64,000 bases of DNA. It comes from Camelus dromedarius (lineage: Eukaryota). A model generated the notes under the pieces. That model had not been told where the DNA came from and made no database searches. It saw only the letters and a list, made by a program, of their open reading frames with translations. The stretch is taken from the NCBI RefSeq assembly GCF_036321535.1, contig NC_087437.1:29700001-29764000 (forward strand). The letters run 5' to 3'. Made by a program: the position numbers and the translations under genes. This document shows, in pieces, positions 37,518 to 50,002 of this stretch; positions within the stretch are counted from its first letter, which is position 1; every line of letters starts with the position of its first letter.

Positions 37518-37870
37518 GGTGTGTTAGTTTTCCACCATTGCTATAACAAATTTCCACAAATTTAGTGGCTTAAACAACACAGATTTATTATCTTACAGTT
37601 CTGTATGTCTGACACATTTCTCATTGGGCTGAAACCAAGATGTCAGCAGGTCCCTTCCTTTCTAGAGGCTGTAAAGAAGAATCTGTTTCAGCTCCTACAT
37701 ACTGCTCATCATTCCTTAGCTCTTGGTCTCCCTCTTCTATTTTAAAGCCAGCAACTCTCTAACCTTTTTCCCAGTCATCACATTTCTCTCTGACCACAGA
37801 TGGGAAAGCTTCTGTGATTTAAAAATTTGTGTGATTAGATTGGGTCCACTTGAATAACCTCCCCAAATCA
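37518..37870 (-). mobile_element. MaLR LTR (MLT1C/D-like), partial
   Basis: tgtgttagttttcc...tgctataacaaatttccacaaatttagtggcttaaacaacacagatttattatcttacagttctg. Confidence 0.85.
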
Positions 37871-39267
37871 CTTGGAGAAGCAATTTGTCAGTATCTAATA
37901 AAATTGGTGTACGTACCCTGTATATTAGTTAGCTATTGCTATAATAAAGCTGCATAACAAACCACTCAACAGCCAGTGGTGTAAAGCAATAATTATTCTC
38001 ATGCTCACAGCTCAGTGGGAGAATGGATGTGCATTATAGTATATTCATGTAATTGCCTAGTATGCAGCAGTTTAAATGAACTAAAGCCACATATATCAAA
38101 ATAACTAAATGTTTAACACATAATGTGAAGAGAAATAAGCAGATTATAAAAGAGTAACATGTAGCATCAAACCATTTATATTTAATAAATTTTAAATTCA
38201 AATGAAATATGGCAAAAGCATTTTCATGGCCCTGTGCAGTTTATTACAATGGCCGGTCAGACAAGTAGATTAGCTGACACAGAAACATCACTTCCAGAGA
38301 AGTTATTTTGGGATATTTTGATGGTTTCAGATTCCACATGTAGTCCCTCTAGACAGTTAATCTGCTGTGTATTTTATGTCACTCCTTCAGGCATCTGTAT
38401 TAGAACCTGCAGGCAGCCAACAGTCTGTTTGCTTTTATAAAGACTAAGTAATAGTTTGAGGTCATGCTGGGAAAACTCAGAGCCAATAAATTGCAGCCCC
38501 ACTGTACTTATGTCATAGCCTCCAGATGATTGTGCTGGCCTAAGTTGCCCATTTATGGTCCAACTGTACAGCAGATACATGGGCAAACACCACAGATCTA
38601 AAAATACACGTATTGTTATATGTTTTCTTATGACACAGCCACCACATTTGGAAGAGTTAACCATATTGCAAAGAGGAGACTGTTTGGGTTAAGACAAGAA
38701 CTGGGTGTGCCCACTGGTACCAGGCTGCTACCAGATGGGAAGCCATTCTTGACTCAAAAAATACTCTTTTAGGAATTAGCAGAGTCCCAGCCATTGACTG
38801 AACTTCAGGGGCAGAGCTCAAAGGCCCAGAAATGAACGAAATGACAAGAAAAAAGCCAGGACACAGGAGAAGAAATTGAGTGCCACCCAGTTTGTAAGGC
38901 AGGCCCTCAGACACAGGGATCAAGTCATTCAGGCAATGGTCAATCATCCTATAGTCCTTTCCTGAGACCACATGGTAGGGCAGGTTCTGGGCCAGGTGCT
39001 GGGCACAAGGACCTGCTCTCTTTTTCTGTTTGGGCCTAAGAATTCCTGTCCTTGTATATGAGGCTAAAATTAGCGAATGTCTGCAAGTTACTAGTAAGAG
39101 AGTATTACTGGTAAATAAAAAGTAAGAATTGAGGATCAGAGAAATGAATCAAGTATTTTACTTTTGCACTTTTGGTGCTGCTTGACTTATACAAGTTGAT
39201 GCCAACAGTAGGATTTAGGTCTTTCATGTTCTAATTTGTGTTTTTGTTTTCTTTTATGCTACTCCTT

Positions 39268-40014
39268 TTTAAAAAAATTTTTATTTTATTGAAGTACGGT
39301 CAGTTACAGTGTGTCAATTTCTGGTGTACAGTGCAATGTCCCAGTCATGCATATACATACATATATTCATTTTCATTAAAGTTTATTACAGGATATTGAA
39401 CATAGTTCCCTGTGCTATACAGAAGAAACTTTTTAAACCTATATTTATATATTGTGGCTAACTTTTGTAAGTCTCAAACTCCCAAATTTATTCCTTCCCA
39501 CCCCCTTTCCCTGGTAACCGTAAGATTGTTTATTACATCTGCGAGTCTGTTTCTGTTTTGTAGATGAGTTCATAGTGTCCTTTTTTTTTAAGATTCCACA
39601 TATGAATGATATAATATGGTATTTTTCTTTCTCTTTCTGGTTTACTTCACTTAGAATGATGATTTCCTAGGTCCATCCATGTTGCTGCAAATGGCATTAT
39701 TTTATTCTTTTTTTTATAGCTGAGTAGTATTCCATTGCATAAATATACCACAAAACTTCTTTATCCAGTCATCTACTGATGGACATTTAGGTTGCTTCCA
39801 TGTCTTTGGCTATTGTAGATAGTGCTGTTATGAACACTGGAGTGCATGTATCTTTTTTAATTAGAGTTCCCTCTGGATATATGCTCAGGAGTGGGATTGC
39901 TGGATCATATGGTAAGTCTATTTTTAGTTTTTTTGAGGACTCTCCATACTGTTTTCCATAATGGCTGCACCAAACTACATTCCCATCAGCAGTGGGTTCC
40001 CTTTTCTCCACACC
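39268..40014 (-). mobile_element. L1 3' end with TSD (camelid-type)
   Basis: ORF 39787-40065 contains [19 protein letters not shown] (ORF2p). TSD tatgctactcctt at 39255-39267 vs tatgctatacctt at 40015-40027. Confidence 0.95.
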
Positions 40015-41319
40015 TATGCTATACCTTCTGATCAACACATATACTGTAAAAAGGAACATACTCAATTAGATGTGGCCAGAATTCCAAGAAACTTTAACTA
40101 TCTTATATTTGAGAGTTCGTGGAAGAAAGTACTTGATCTATAAGTTTGATAAATTGCTTTTAAGTCGTGTTTTCATTATGCTCTGCTTAAGAGCCAAAAA
40201 TCTGCCTTGGTTTTAATAATCACATTTATATCTTAATTCTATGAATACTCCAAAGTAATGGGAACAGCATGGAGCCAATATAACAGAAACATATCATTTA
40301 ATATTTGATAGACAGCTTAGATTTTATAAGAAAAACATAAACAACAACATCAAAGCCCAGTTCACTAAAGATTTTTCCAAGTTGCTTCAAAAATTATCTT
40401 TAAAACATGAGAAACAAACCTAACTTTCCAAGTCTTGATATCCACCTGGGACTTCACATCACTTTTTCCTGTCTTATCCTTCCTGGGCTGCATCAGCCTT
40501 GCACACTCTCCCACCGTGCTTTCCACTCCACTTCCTCTGCTGATGTCAGTCGATAACTATAGCTTTAAAGAACTCTCCCCACAGTAGGCTCTCGTAACGG
40601 CTGTTGATTCAATATTGTTATTTCTGCTTTAGCTTTACATCTTCAGTCTTAATTCGTTTACTCTTTTATCTTTTATCCAGTCTGATTTCTTGATTATTAC
40701 ATTTAGTAGATGAGATGATCATTTTGATAGTCTATATTTAACATCTGTAAAAATTCCATTACATTTTTCTTTTACTGCATATTGGTCAAAATTAATTGGG
40801 GATACTGGAAATGACTAGAATGGACAATGGCAATCAGGGGAAGCCCAGCAGAAAGAAATATGACATCAGGGGATTCTGGAAGGAGGCAACAAGTGCCTGT
40901 CCCCTTTGCCAACATGCTTTCTAGAACTGGTATGCCCTGGGCTACTGGACAAGTAGCTATTACTTTCAAATGCTATACTAGTCCTTAACGTGCCAAATGG
41001 TTTAATAATATTCCCTCCAAACATGGGCAATGTATCAAAAAAAAAAATGTAGAATCGATCTCTATGTCCTTCTGTTGTTGTTGTTCAAACCTAGTGTTTC
41101 GGATTTCGGCAGCACAGAAAGAAAATTTATTGAATAGTCCTTTTGTGTTAGTATTTGAGCTACTGATCACTTTAAAACATCAAGGGGAAAAGTCTCGGTA
41201 AAGCACAACTGAATTCTTACTGCCTTAGCACGTTGGGGCCTTTGAGGATAGTAACATGAAAAACACAGGATAACTCTAGCAGATACGGAATTGAATTTAA
41301 CTTCTATACAATTAAGTGA

Positions 41320-41660
41320 ATGTATCAAGTAGGTTTCCTTGGCTGCAAAGAAAAGTAACTCTTGCTAACTTGAAGGGGGGAAAAAAAGGAAATATACTGA
41401 AAGTCTATAAGGATAGGTGAAAGACTTAAAGGAAAAGCTGTAGAACAAGGCTTTGGGAAGGACAACTACCTGGAAAGCTCCAGGGCTGTAGTAGCAATAG
41501 TTAATAGACTGTTTCTTGAGGGTGTTGGTACTCAGAATAAATAAATCCTGGACGAGAGCATCTGATGCCTAGGGGAAGATTAAGGTACTAGCAAAGGGTG
41601 TGAGGGAATTCCCTAAAGGAAATTTAAAGGCTATTATGAAAGGAACAGCCCATGAATGTT
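41320..41660 (-). mobile_element. Old MaLR LTR remnant
   Basis: tgtatcaagtaggtttccttggctgcaaagaaaagtaactcttgctaactt resembles the antisense MLT1 terminus. Confidence 0.5.
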
Positions 41661-42717
41661 GAGTGAAGTCAGGAAATATTCACCATAATGATAAAATTAC
41701 AAAGCCCCATGTTCCCATTCCTGGGATGAGCAAGGCACCAGTGGGGAAATTAAATGCTACAAGGAGATCCAAAACTTGCATTCTATTCCACAGACTCACC
41801 TCCTTTATTCTCACTAATATAAAGGAGAGGAAGCTAAGTAGACAAGAGAATTCCCATTTTCTAAATTAGTTTAAACCATTTGGAGAGAGCAAAGAGCTAA
41901 AAGTTAAGTTTCTGCAATTTTTCCTCCTTGAAAATAAAACCATATTTTTAAAAAATTTGTCTTTTGGACACAGATGGTCATATAACTTTTGCACTGAAAA
42001 TGGTTACTATTATTATTACATCTGTATCACAAGACTGTTTCTGAACATTTATTTTTCATAAGCATAAGCTAAAATGCAAAGTGGGTTACATTTTATAAAA
42101 GCAAAGTTGTTATTTCATTTCACTAAACTAATAGAGACTTAATTGCAGGGATTAGCACAATCAGAATCAATTAATAATTGTTTAATATTCTTCTGGGTTC
42201 AAATCAGTATTTCCATATAGTAACAGTAGAACACAAGTACAGTCATGTATTAAATGCCACGTCAATTAATCATGGTAAATGTGCTGATTTAAATGCCAAA
42301 AGAATTAACATGACCTTTCATTTATCAAGAACTGTTGGCATTTTGAAAAGAAAGGATTTAGAAAATGCTTTTCTGTGCATACTTCAAGACTCTCAGTAAT
42401 TATTTGAATATATATGTTTCAATGATAGTCTTCTCCTCAAAAGTAATATTATAAAAAGAGCTAAACACTTTTATGGAGGAAAATTTAATTCCTCCAAGTG
42501 AGAGAATCATATTAACACTCAAAAGCTCTTTTGAAAATGTACTTAGCTTTTTATACAGGAAGTATATGTCTTAGCTACAGGATAATTGGAAGTTCTGATA
42601 CATATGGACAAATTTTCAAGCCAGAGGGAAGGATCCACCAGAAGCCTATTTTTCCGGAGATTTTTGAAAGCTAAGTCATTGTTAAAGAAGGCAAAGAAAA
42701 GTAGAAATGAGCAGGAC

Positions 42718-43492
42718 TGTGGTGGACATGACTAAAATTATTCCTGAAGTTCTGCTCTAGTCCTCCGATCTATGAATATGAACTAGCACATCTGTGATTT
42801 GTTATCTTATGTGACAAAGAGATTTCCAGAATTATTTAAAGTTACTAATCAGTTGATTTTGAATTAATCAAAACCAAGGTTAAGAATATGAAAACAATTA
42901 TATGTGTATATCTGTATGTATATACACATATATATGTATGACTGGGACATTATGCTGTACAGCAGAAACTGACACATTGTAACTGACTATACTTCAATAA
43001 AAATAATAATAACAAAATCAAGGTTATCTTTGTGGGACTGATCTAATCACACAAACTCTTCAAAAACAGAGAATTTGTCTGATTGATGGTAGAAGAAGTC
43101 AGAGAATTTAAAGCATAAGAAGGATTTGAAGCACCGTTGATGCTGTGACGATGGAAAGGACCTATGTTCAAGGTCTGGAGAGAGACCCCCTAGGTGTGAG
43201 AGTGAGCCCTACCTGACAGCCACCAAGGAAATGCAGATCTTAGTCACAAGGAACTAAGTTCTGCCAGTAACCTGAATGATCTTCGAAATGGATTCTTCCT
43301 CTGAGCTTCCTCAGATCTTCCAGATAAGAGCCCAGTCTGGGTGACACTTTGTTTCAGCCCTGTGAGACTTAGGCAAAGGATTGGTCAAGACTGCCTGGAC
43401 TTCTGATACACAGAACCGTGAGATAGTAAATGAGTGGTGTTTTAATTTACTAAACTTGTGGTAATTTGTTGTGTAGCAATAGAAATTTGTGT
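42718..43492 (+). mobile_element. MaLR solo LTR (MLT1E-like) containing a short L1
   Basis: gttactaatcagttgattttgaattaatcaaaa...ccagataagagcccagtctgggtgacac...gtggtaatttgttgtgtagcaatagaaa. Confidence 0.85.
42883..43012 (+). mobile_element. Short L1 3' end with TSD
   Basis: Homologous to the reverse complement of 39285-39375. TSD caaaaccaaggtta at 42869-42882 vs caaaatcaaggtta at 43013-43026. Confidence 0.9.
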
Positions 43493-44779
43493 GTGGACCC
43501 TAGATGAAAGTATCTTTGTCAAGGAGGATCATAGCCCAACTGCCTCTGGACTCATGTTTGAGTCCTGTGGAAAAGAGAATAAATTAAGGTAACTGAGAAC
43601 CTCATTGTATGGCCTAAATAGGGTATATTTAGACAAAAAGCTGAACTGCATACAACTTGATGTAAAGTAATCTAGGAAAAAAAAGTTGGGCTGCAGTGTG
43701 AAACAGGATTACCACAATTTTATCATTGTTGAATATATGTTTAAATTTTCCATGTAATAACTTATTATAGATTTCCTTATGAGAGTATATTATATATTTA
43801 ATACGATAGCATATGTTTCCAAAAGATAACATATGTATTTAAATACATGTCATATGGTAAAGTTTAACATGCTTTTAAAATTTCTAATGGAAAAACTATT
43901 CCCAAAGGAGGACCAGAGATACTAAGTTTCTGGAAGACGGAAGGTAGATATGATTGAATTGAAATGCAAAAGCACAACCCAAAAGAGGCAACAGAGACCT
44001 GCTGCAGATGAAGTAGGAAAGCTTAAGAGTTGGGCCAAACTTCACAATTGGAAGCTAGCTCTGGGACAATGATCAGAGCAATTGACTGCAAGACTGCTGA
44101 CGTGGCAGCCAGTTAGCTTGCTACATACCACCCTAACCTTCATTTCTCCTCCTTGCTGTGCCAGTCATGGGACAATGGGCTATAGAACACAGGCTGTGAC
44201 AGGGCATGGAGGTGCTCAGGATGAATTGGCAGGAACCCAGGTGGCTACCAAGACCCAGGAGGAAAAGGGAAATCTTTCTAGCTCCTGGCATATCATGCCC
44301 TGCCTCTATCCCATAATTACTCAAGATAGGCTGAAGTAAGCAGTACCACATGTGCACTCACCAGGGTAAAAAGAAATCTCAAATACAGAAATAAGCAATT
44401 GTTTTTAAGGAAAATCAACACTACCAAACTGAGACACCCCCAAAAAAGTAGAATAAATAGCATCTGATAAAGTGAAAGTTAATAGAACAAAAGAAAGAAA
44501 ACTTTATATGAAGTGTAACATTCTGAGATGAATGCAAGATAATACCACTTCCATGAAAAAATAACAGAATCATTATAAAATATAATTATTCCAAAATAAC
44601 AATAAAACATACATATACTAATAATATTTCTATTTTGGGACTAACTAAATACGCATAATAGGAAAAGCAAGTAAGAAATTATGCTAATATCATTAACAAT
44701 CAAAGTTTTATTAGAATAGAAAATAAAATCAAAGAAATTAAGTGAAAACTCTGTAGTATATTTTTTTAATTCCAGTGAA

Positions 44780-46190
44780 AAAATCTCTTTCAGATTGGAA
44801 ATATCAGTAGACCCATATGTCTATTAGCTCTGTCGACTTAAAAGGCATGGAAACAATGACAACCAATAGCTAGCAGTGAGAACCCCCAGTACCGGATTGT
44901 GGTCTTCAAATACCTTTTCTCACCAAAAAGAACCAAGGTTCCTCAAAGAATGGCCAGTCCAAGCCAGGCAGAGAATGCACTAGATAAGTCTGGAGCATCT
45001 TCCTGTCTAGAAAGCACAGAGGGTATCAAGGACTACTAGTATCATTTTCAAAAAAGATACAAAGCCAATTTTGACTCCCATTGGCTAAAGAATAGAAATT
45101 TGAATGTCAAAAAAGAATCACGACTATAATGGATAGAAACACATCAAATATATAAAAATCCATTGGTTGATAATAAAACTCCAAAATTTCTATGCCTAAT
45201 AACCTTTGGAGGTTTTTTAGAACATCAGTTTTTTATTCTGAAAACTGTGAAGTAAAATGAAATTATCTGTATTTATCTTGTCTTTTCTGTACATACTATT
45301 TCAGGGTAACTAATAAGTTGATAAGGGAATGTTCTCCTTTGTAGAATAATCATTTCAATTAGAAAAATTAATACTTTCTGCTGCTAATAATGTTTAATAC
45401 AAAATTATTAATGGTTTTTAAAAATACTAGATAAAAAGTTGTTAAGAATCTTTGTAATGGCTGGCTCAGACAATACCTGTATCAAGTGAATGATCTTAAC
45501 ATCATTACGAAATAAAGAACTGTTTTTATACTACACACCTTGTACCACCTATGTATTAACCTTTTCAAAAATTGAATCTGAATCTCATCAAGCAGTTAAA
45601 TAAAAACATTAGTTTACAGGAAATTCAGGTAACAGAAAAACATGTCAACTGATACTACAAAGATACTATCGACAAAATCCAAGATATGAGAAGTTCTATA
45701 AAGCAAACAACTTTGTTTTTTCAGTTAACAAGTAGTGTTTTTAAATGAGTGGGGACTGTTATAGAATAAAGGGACTTAAGGTCTAAATTAACTAAATGCA
45801 ATATGTGGACTTATTTGAACAACCCACTGATATGGATACTAAGAGAAAATTATTTATAAACTAGGTTGTTATTAAATGATATTAAGGAATTATTATTAAT
45901 TCTCTTGAGAATGATAATGGTACTGTAGTTAAATAGAAAACTCCTCCCTATTAGGAATATTTAAGTACTTAACCAGTGAAGTGATATGTCTTAGATTTAC
46001 TTTAAAATGTCTTCAGCAAAAAATTATATATATTATATAATATTTGATTTCTACACATGTACATATATGATACATGTGTGGGAATGGATCAAAGTGGAAA
46101 ATGTTGCTAGTTCTTGAGACTGATGATGGATATGTGAGGTTTCATTATACGCATACAACACACACATATACACACAGCTTTAATATTTCA
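44780..46190 (+). mobile_element. Old L1 3' UTR (L1MC-like)
   Basis: gcagtgagaacccccagtaccggattgtggtcttcaaatacc and actaaatgcaatatgtggactt are typical of L1MC 3' ends. Confidence 0.7.
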
Positions 46191-46429
46191 CTCAAAATGC
46201 AGCACCAAAGGACCAAGGAAGTAGAACAAAAGATTTCAAAAATCTCACTGGAAATACAAATGGAGGGGCCAAAGAAAATGGAAAGGGAAACATTTGTAAT
46301 TTTTGTTTTATTTTCAGAATTTTTAAAAGGCAGAAAATTTTAAGGTGCTGACTTGAATAAATGAAAAAGATCCATTTCCTGCGCTCATCATGGTGAAATT
46401 TCAGGATATCAAAAATAATCTGAAAATCC

Positions 46430-47090
46430 TTCTTATTTACCCAAAAGAGCTGGAAGTTTATGTCCACACAAAAACCTGCACATGGATGTCTATAGCAACT
46501 TTATTTGTAGTTGCCAGACCTCAAGCTGTGCTTCAGTAGGTGAATTAATAAATAAACTGTGGTACATCCAGATAATGTAATATTCAGCACTAAAAAGAAA
46601 TGAGCTATCAAGCCAAGAAAAGAAATGGAGGAATCTTAAATACATATTACTAAGAGAAAGAAGCCAATCTGAAAAGGCTACATACTGTATGATTCCAACT
46701 ATATGACGTTCTGGAAAAGGCAAACTGTAGAAACAATAAAAAGATCAGTGGTTTCTAGGAAAGAGGGGAATGATGGGGGAATATGAATAGGCAGAGCATG
46801 GAAGAGTTTAGGTCAGTGAAAATACTCTGACTGATATTATACTGATGGATATATGTCATTATATTTTTGTCCAAACCCACAGAATGTACAACACCAAGAG
46901 TAAAGCCTAAACTGAACTATGAACTTTGGGTGATTCTGATGTGTCATTGTAGGTTCATCCTTCATAATAAATGTACCATTCTGGTGAGTGCCTGTGTGAG
47001 GGCAGGAAACATAAGGGAAATCTCTCTACCCTCCTCTCAGGTTTGTTGTAAACCTAAAACTGCTCTAAAAATGTACACTCTTTTTAAAAA
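46430..47090 (+). mobile_element. L1MC1/L1MD-like 3' end
   Basis: atgtccacacaaaaacctgcacatggatg...gaaagaagccaatctgaaaaggctacatactgtatgattccaac...cctaaaactgctctaaaaa. Confidence 0.9.
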
Positions 47091-47149
47091 ATCAAGTTGT
47101 ATATTTGTGATTTCTTGCCTTGAATTCAATAAAATGTTCAAAACTTAGG

Positions 47150-47760
47150 GAACCATTAAAATATAATTTATTTAAAAATGTAGAACTTCTAAACTAAGAG
47201 TGGAAGTAAAAGTAGAATAATTGATAAACCCAAAAATAAATAGAAAAGGAAACAGCACGGAGTCAAAAGCACAGTAAATAGAGTATAAAACATAACGTGG
47301 CAAAAATAAGTCCAAACTTATCAGTAATTTTTAAAAATGTGAATGGCTTAAGTTTACTTCTTAAAAGACAAATTCTCAGATATAGTTCAGTTTTAAATCT
47401 AGTTTGTATGATTTATAAAAGACCCATTTACACAAATGACACACAAGATTTAGGATAGTAGATGGAAAATCTGTAGCAGATAAATATTAACAAAAATGTG
47501 ATGTATTAATATTTAATAGTAAAAATAGATTTTAAGACATTAAAAAAACAAGGATATTTCAGATTTGTTTAATAAATAGTTCATCAAGAAGGAAAAACAG
47601 CCAAGTACGTCTGCGAAGTATAGAAATCAATAGAGAAATGGGCAAGACCATAATCATGTGAAGAAACTTTAATATGGGCTTTCTCACACAAAAAATATAC
47701 ATTCTGTTCACAAACAAATGGAATATTTACAAAATGTAATTACATACTACCTAATTTTAT
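47150..47760 (+). mobile_element. Old L1 endonuclease-region remnant
   Basis: aaataagtccaaacttatcagtaattt...aatgtgaatggcttaagtttacttcttaaaagaca corresponds to the ORF2 N-terminus (NVNGLN...KR). Confidence 0.7.
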
Positions 47761-48806
47761 TTCAAATCCTATAAAAATGAAATTTTAAAACTGTTTACTA
47801 AAGATAAGCTAAATTATTATATAATTATAGGTGTCTGTCAGTCATGAATGAATAATTGATTACCATAATAATTACGTATTTTTTTCTGTCATAACTGAAA
47901 TCTGGTTTGTTAAAGAGTAAAATTATACACGACCATGGTAAAGCTCTAGTTATTGTTCTGGACTGTCCGTTTGAAAAAAAAATAATGTGAATGGATAGAA
48001 AAATGACCTAAGTCTCAGAAGTTTTCTTAATAAGCAGCCTTTGAGAGAATCTTGGACTGCACTAGTCTGTGTGTCAATCTTACAAGTCTCTAAATACAAT
48101 AACTTTTAACATGTGAACTCCGGGGCAGAAGAGTGGAATCTCAGCTGTTACGTTTGGAAGGCCATTTAGGCACAATAGATGCTAATGTCAGCTAATTTAC
48201 ACATTACCCCAGTCTTGCTGCCCTTAACTGCCCGGGAAGCAAATGTGTGCAATTCAAAGGACCCCTACCAATACTGACTCTTCCCTTTGCCTGTGTGTGC
48301 GTTACATTAAGTACAATAAAGGCCCTTGTAACTGAAACAATATAAGCAACAGTGTTGGAACAGTGTGCCTTGAGGCTAATTCTATACTGGCAAACTAACT
48401 CTACAATTCTCTTACTTTGCCAAGAAACATTGCCTCACAGTAAATGGGAATTGAGTCTAAGTTTGGGCTCCTTTTTGAGGACAGAGGAAGAATCACATGA
48501 GAGATTTCCTCTAAAGAAGACAGTTGCTCAGTTGTAAATGGAGTCCTTGTTTATTAAGATAATAACCAGCTATTCATTTTCACTGAACATGTTTTTAGTT
48601 GGAGATAAAATCTAGAACTGTATGTTCTAAAACCAATTTATAAATTTTCTATAACACATTCATCTTTTGTCTAGCCTTCATCTTTTTCTCCCAAGAATGT
48701 AGTATATTTCATTCACAACTCTACAGAGAAACAGCCAATTGGATATGAATCATTGAATTTTTTACCCCAGACCGTACAAACTTCACTGAGTGTGTGTATG
48801 TGTACA

Positions 48807-48990
48807 CAGAGGTATGCTGGTTAATGTTTAAGAGCTGGCCTCTCTGGAAAAAAAAGAAAAAGTGCTGATTTGTAATGTTTGCTGGTTTTCATACTCCCTC
48901 CATGACCAATTTCAGGCTACCAATGTGATTCCTCATAATTTAAAAATCAGCTCTCACAGGCCGGTTGAAACCAATTCCAGCACACCATTG
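48807..48990. mobile_element. MER63A hAT-Blackjack MITE
   Basis: Inverted termini cagaggtatgctgg / ccagcacaccattg; internal ccatgaccaatttcaggctaccaatgtga. Confidence 0.8.
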
Positions 48991-49053
48991 GGGTGGGGGC
49001 TGGAATACTCTTGAACCATCAAGATTGAATTGATGGCAGTATCTGTATCTTGC

Positions 49054-50002
49054 TGTTAGTGGATAGAAGGATCCCTAAATTAGGAAGCCTATCAAAGTGT
49101 GGGTCCTTGCTGCCCGCTGTGAAAGAATTCATGCAGGAGAGGCAGAGGGACAAAGTGAACAGCCACTTTATTGCTAAAAAGAGGAAAAGGAAAGAAAAGC
49201 ACTCCAGCGGGTAGCCATCAGCCATGATAACCAGTAGAGACCTCCTTTCTGGTTAGAGCCCCATGGATTTTTTTTTTTCCTTTTTTTTAAATTGAAGTAT
49301 AGTCAGTTTACAATGTTGTGTCAGTTTTTGATGTACGTGGATTTTTATGAGAGGCTTCTGCCATCCTGTCCTCCTCCTGGGTGTGATGGAACCATTCACT
49401 CCTTGTAAAGGTTTTTCAGTCCTTATATACACTTTCTGGTTGTTGTCATGGTAATCATCAATTGTCATGGTGCTGGTGGGTGTGTCATTAGCATACTAAT
49501 ATATTACAATATGTGTGTAATCAGGCTCAAGGCCTACGGAAGTCAAATGCTCCACAATCTCGGGCTTCATTGGTTCTAACTGGTTCTTATTTCTTCTTTT
49601 TGCAATTGCCTCCTAATACTTAGGTAAGGGTAATTGGTTTCTATTACGAGAGAGGGGCAGGGGTATGATCCTGGGGCAACCGACTTGGTAATAAAAAGGA
49701 AAGTTACTTTTAATAAACATGCCTACAATCTGATGGACCTAGCATCCCCCCCCCCCAAAAAAATCTCCAAAGATTCTGTTCAGCCATGAAAGTTTTAAAG
49801 GAAACTGAAGGAATAATCTCAGTTAATTGGTGAGATAGGTAGTCAGAGTCATTGCCATCCCCCAGTGCCTGCAGGTTTGTCCTAATCAACTGCTTGAGCC
49901 TGCTCTTCTATGACTTAGGGAGGCCTGGGAGACTTCAGCTTTTTTCTGTAAACAAGAGGCAGGGGTTGGGGGTGGGGGCCCACAGGGTCCTGCTCAGTAT
50001 CA
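49054..50002 (-). mobile_element. ERV1-class solo LTR with a perfect 4-bp TSD
   Basis: TG...CA termini; TTGC at 49050-49053 and 50003-50006; AATAAA on the minus strand near 49167. Confidence 0.85.
49273..49335 (-). mobile_element. Ultra-short L1 3' end with TSD
   Basis: T-tail plus aattgaagtatagtcagtttacaatgttgtgtcagtttttgatgta. TSD catggattttt at 49262-49272 vs cgtggattttt at 49336-49346. Confidence 0.9.
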
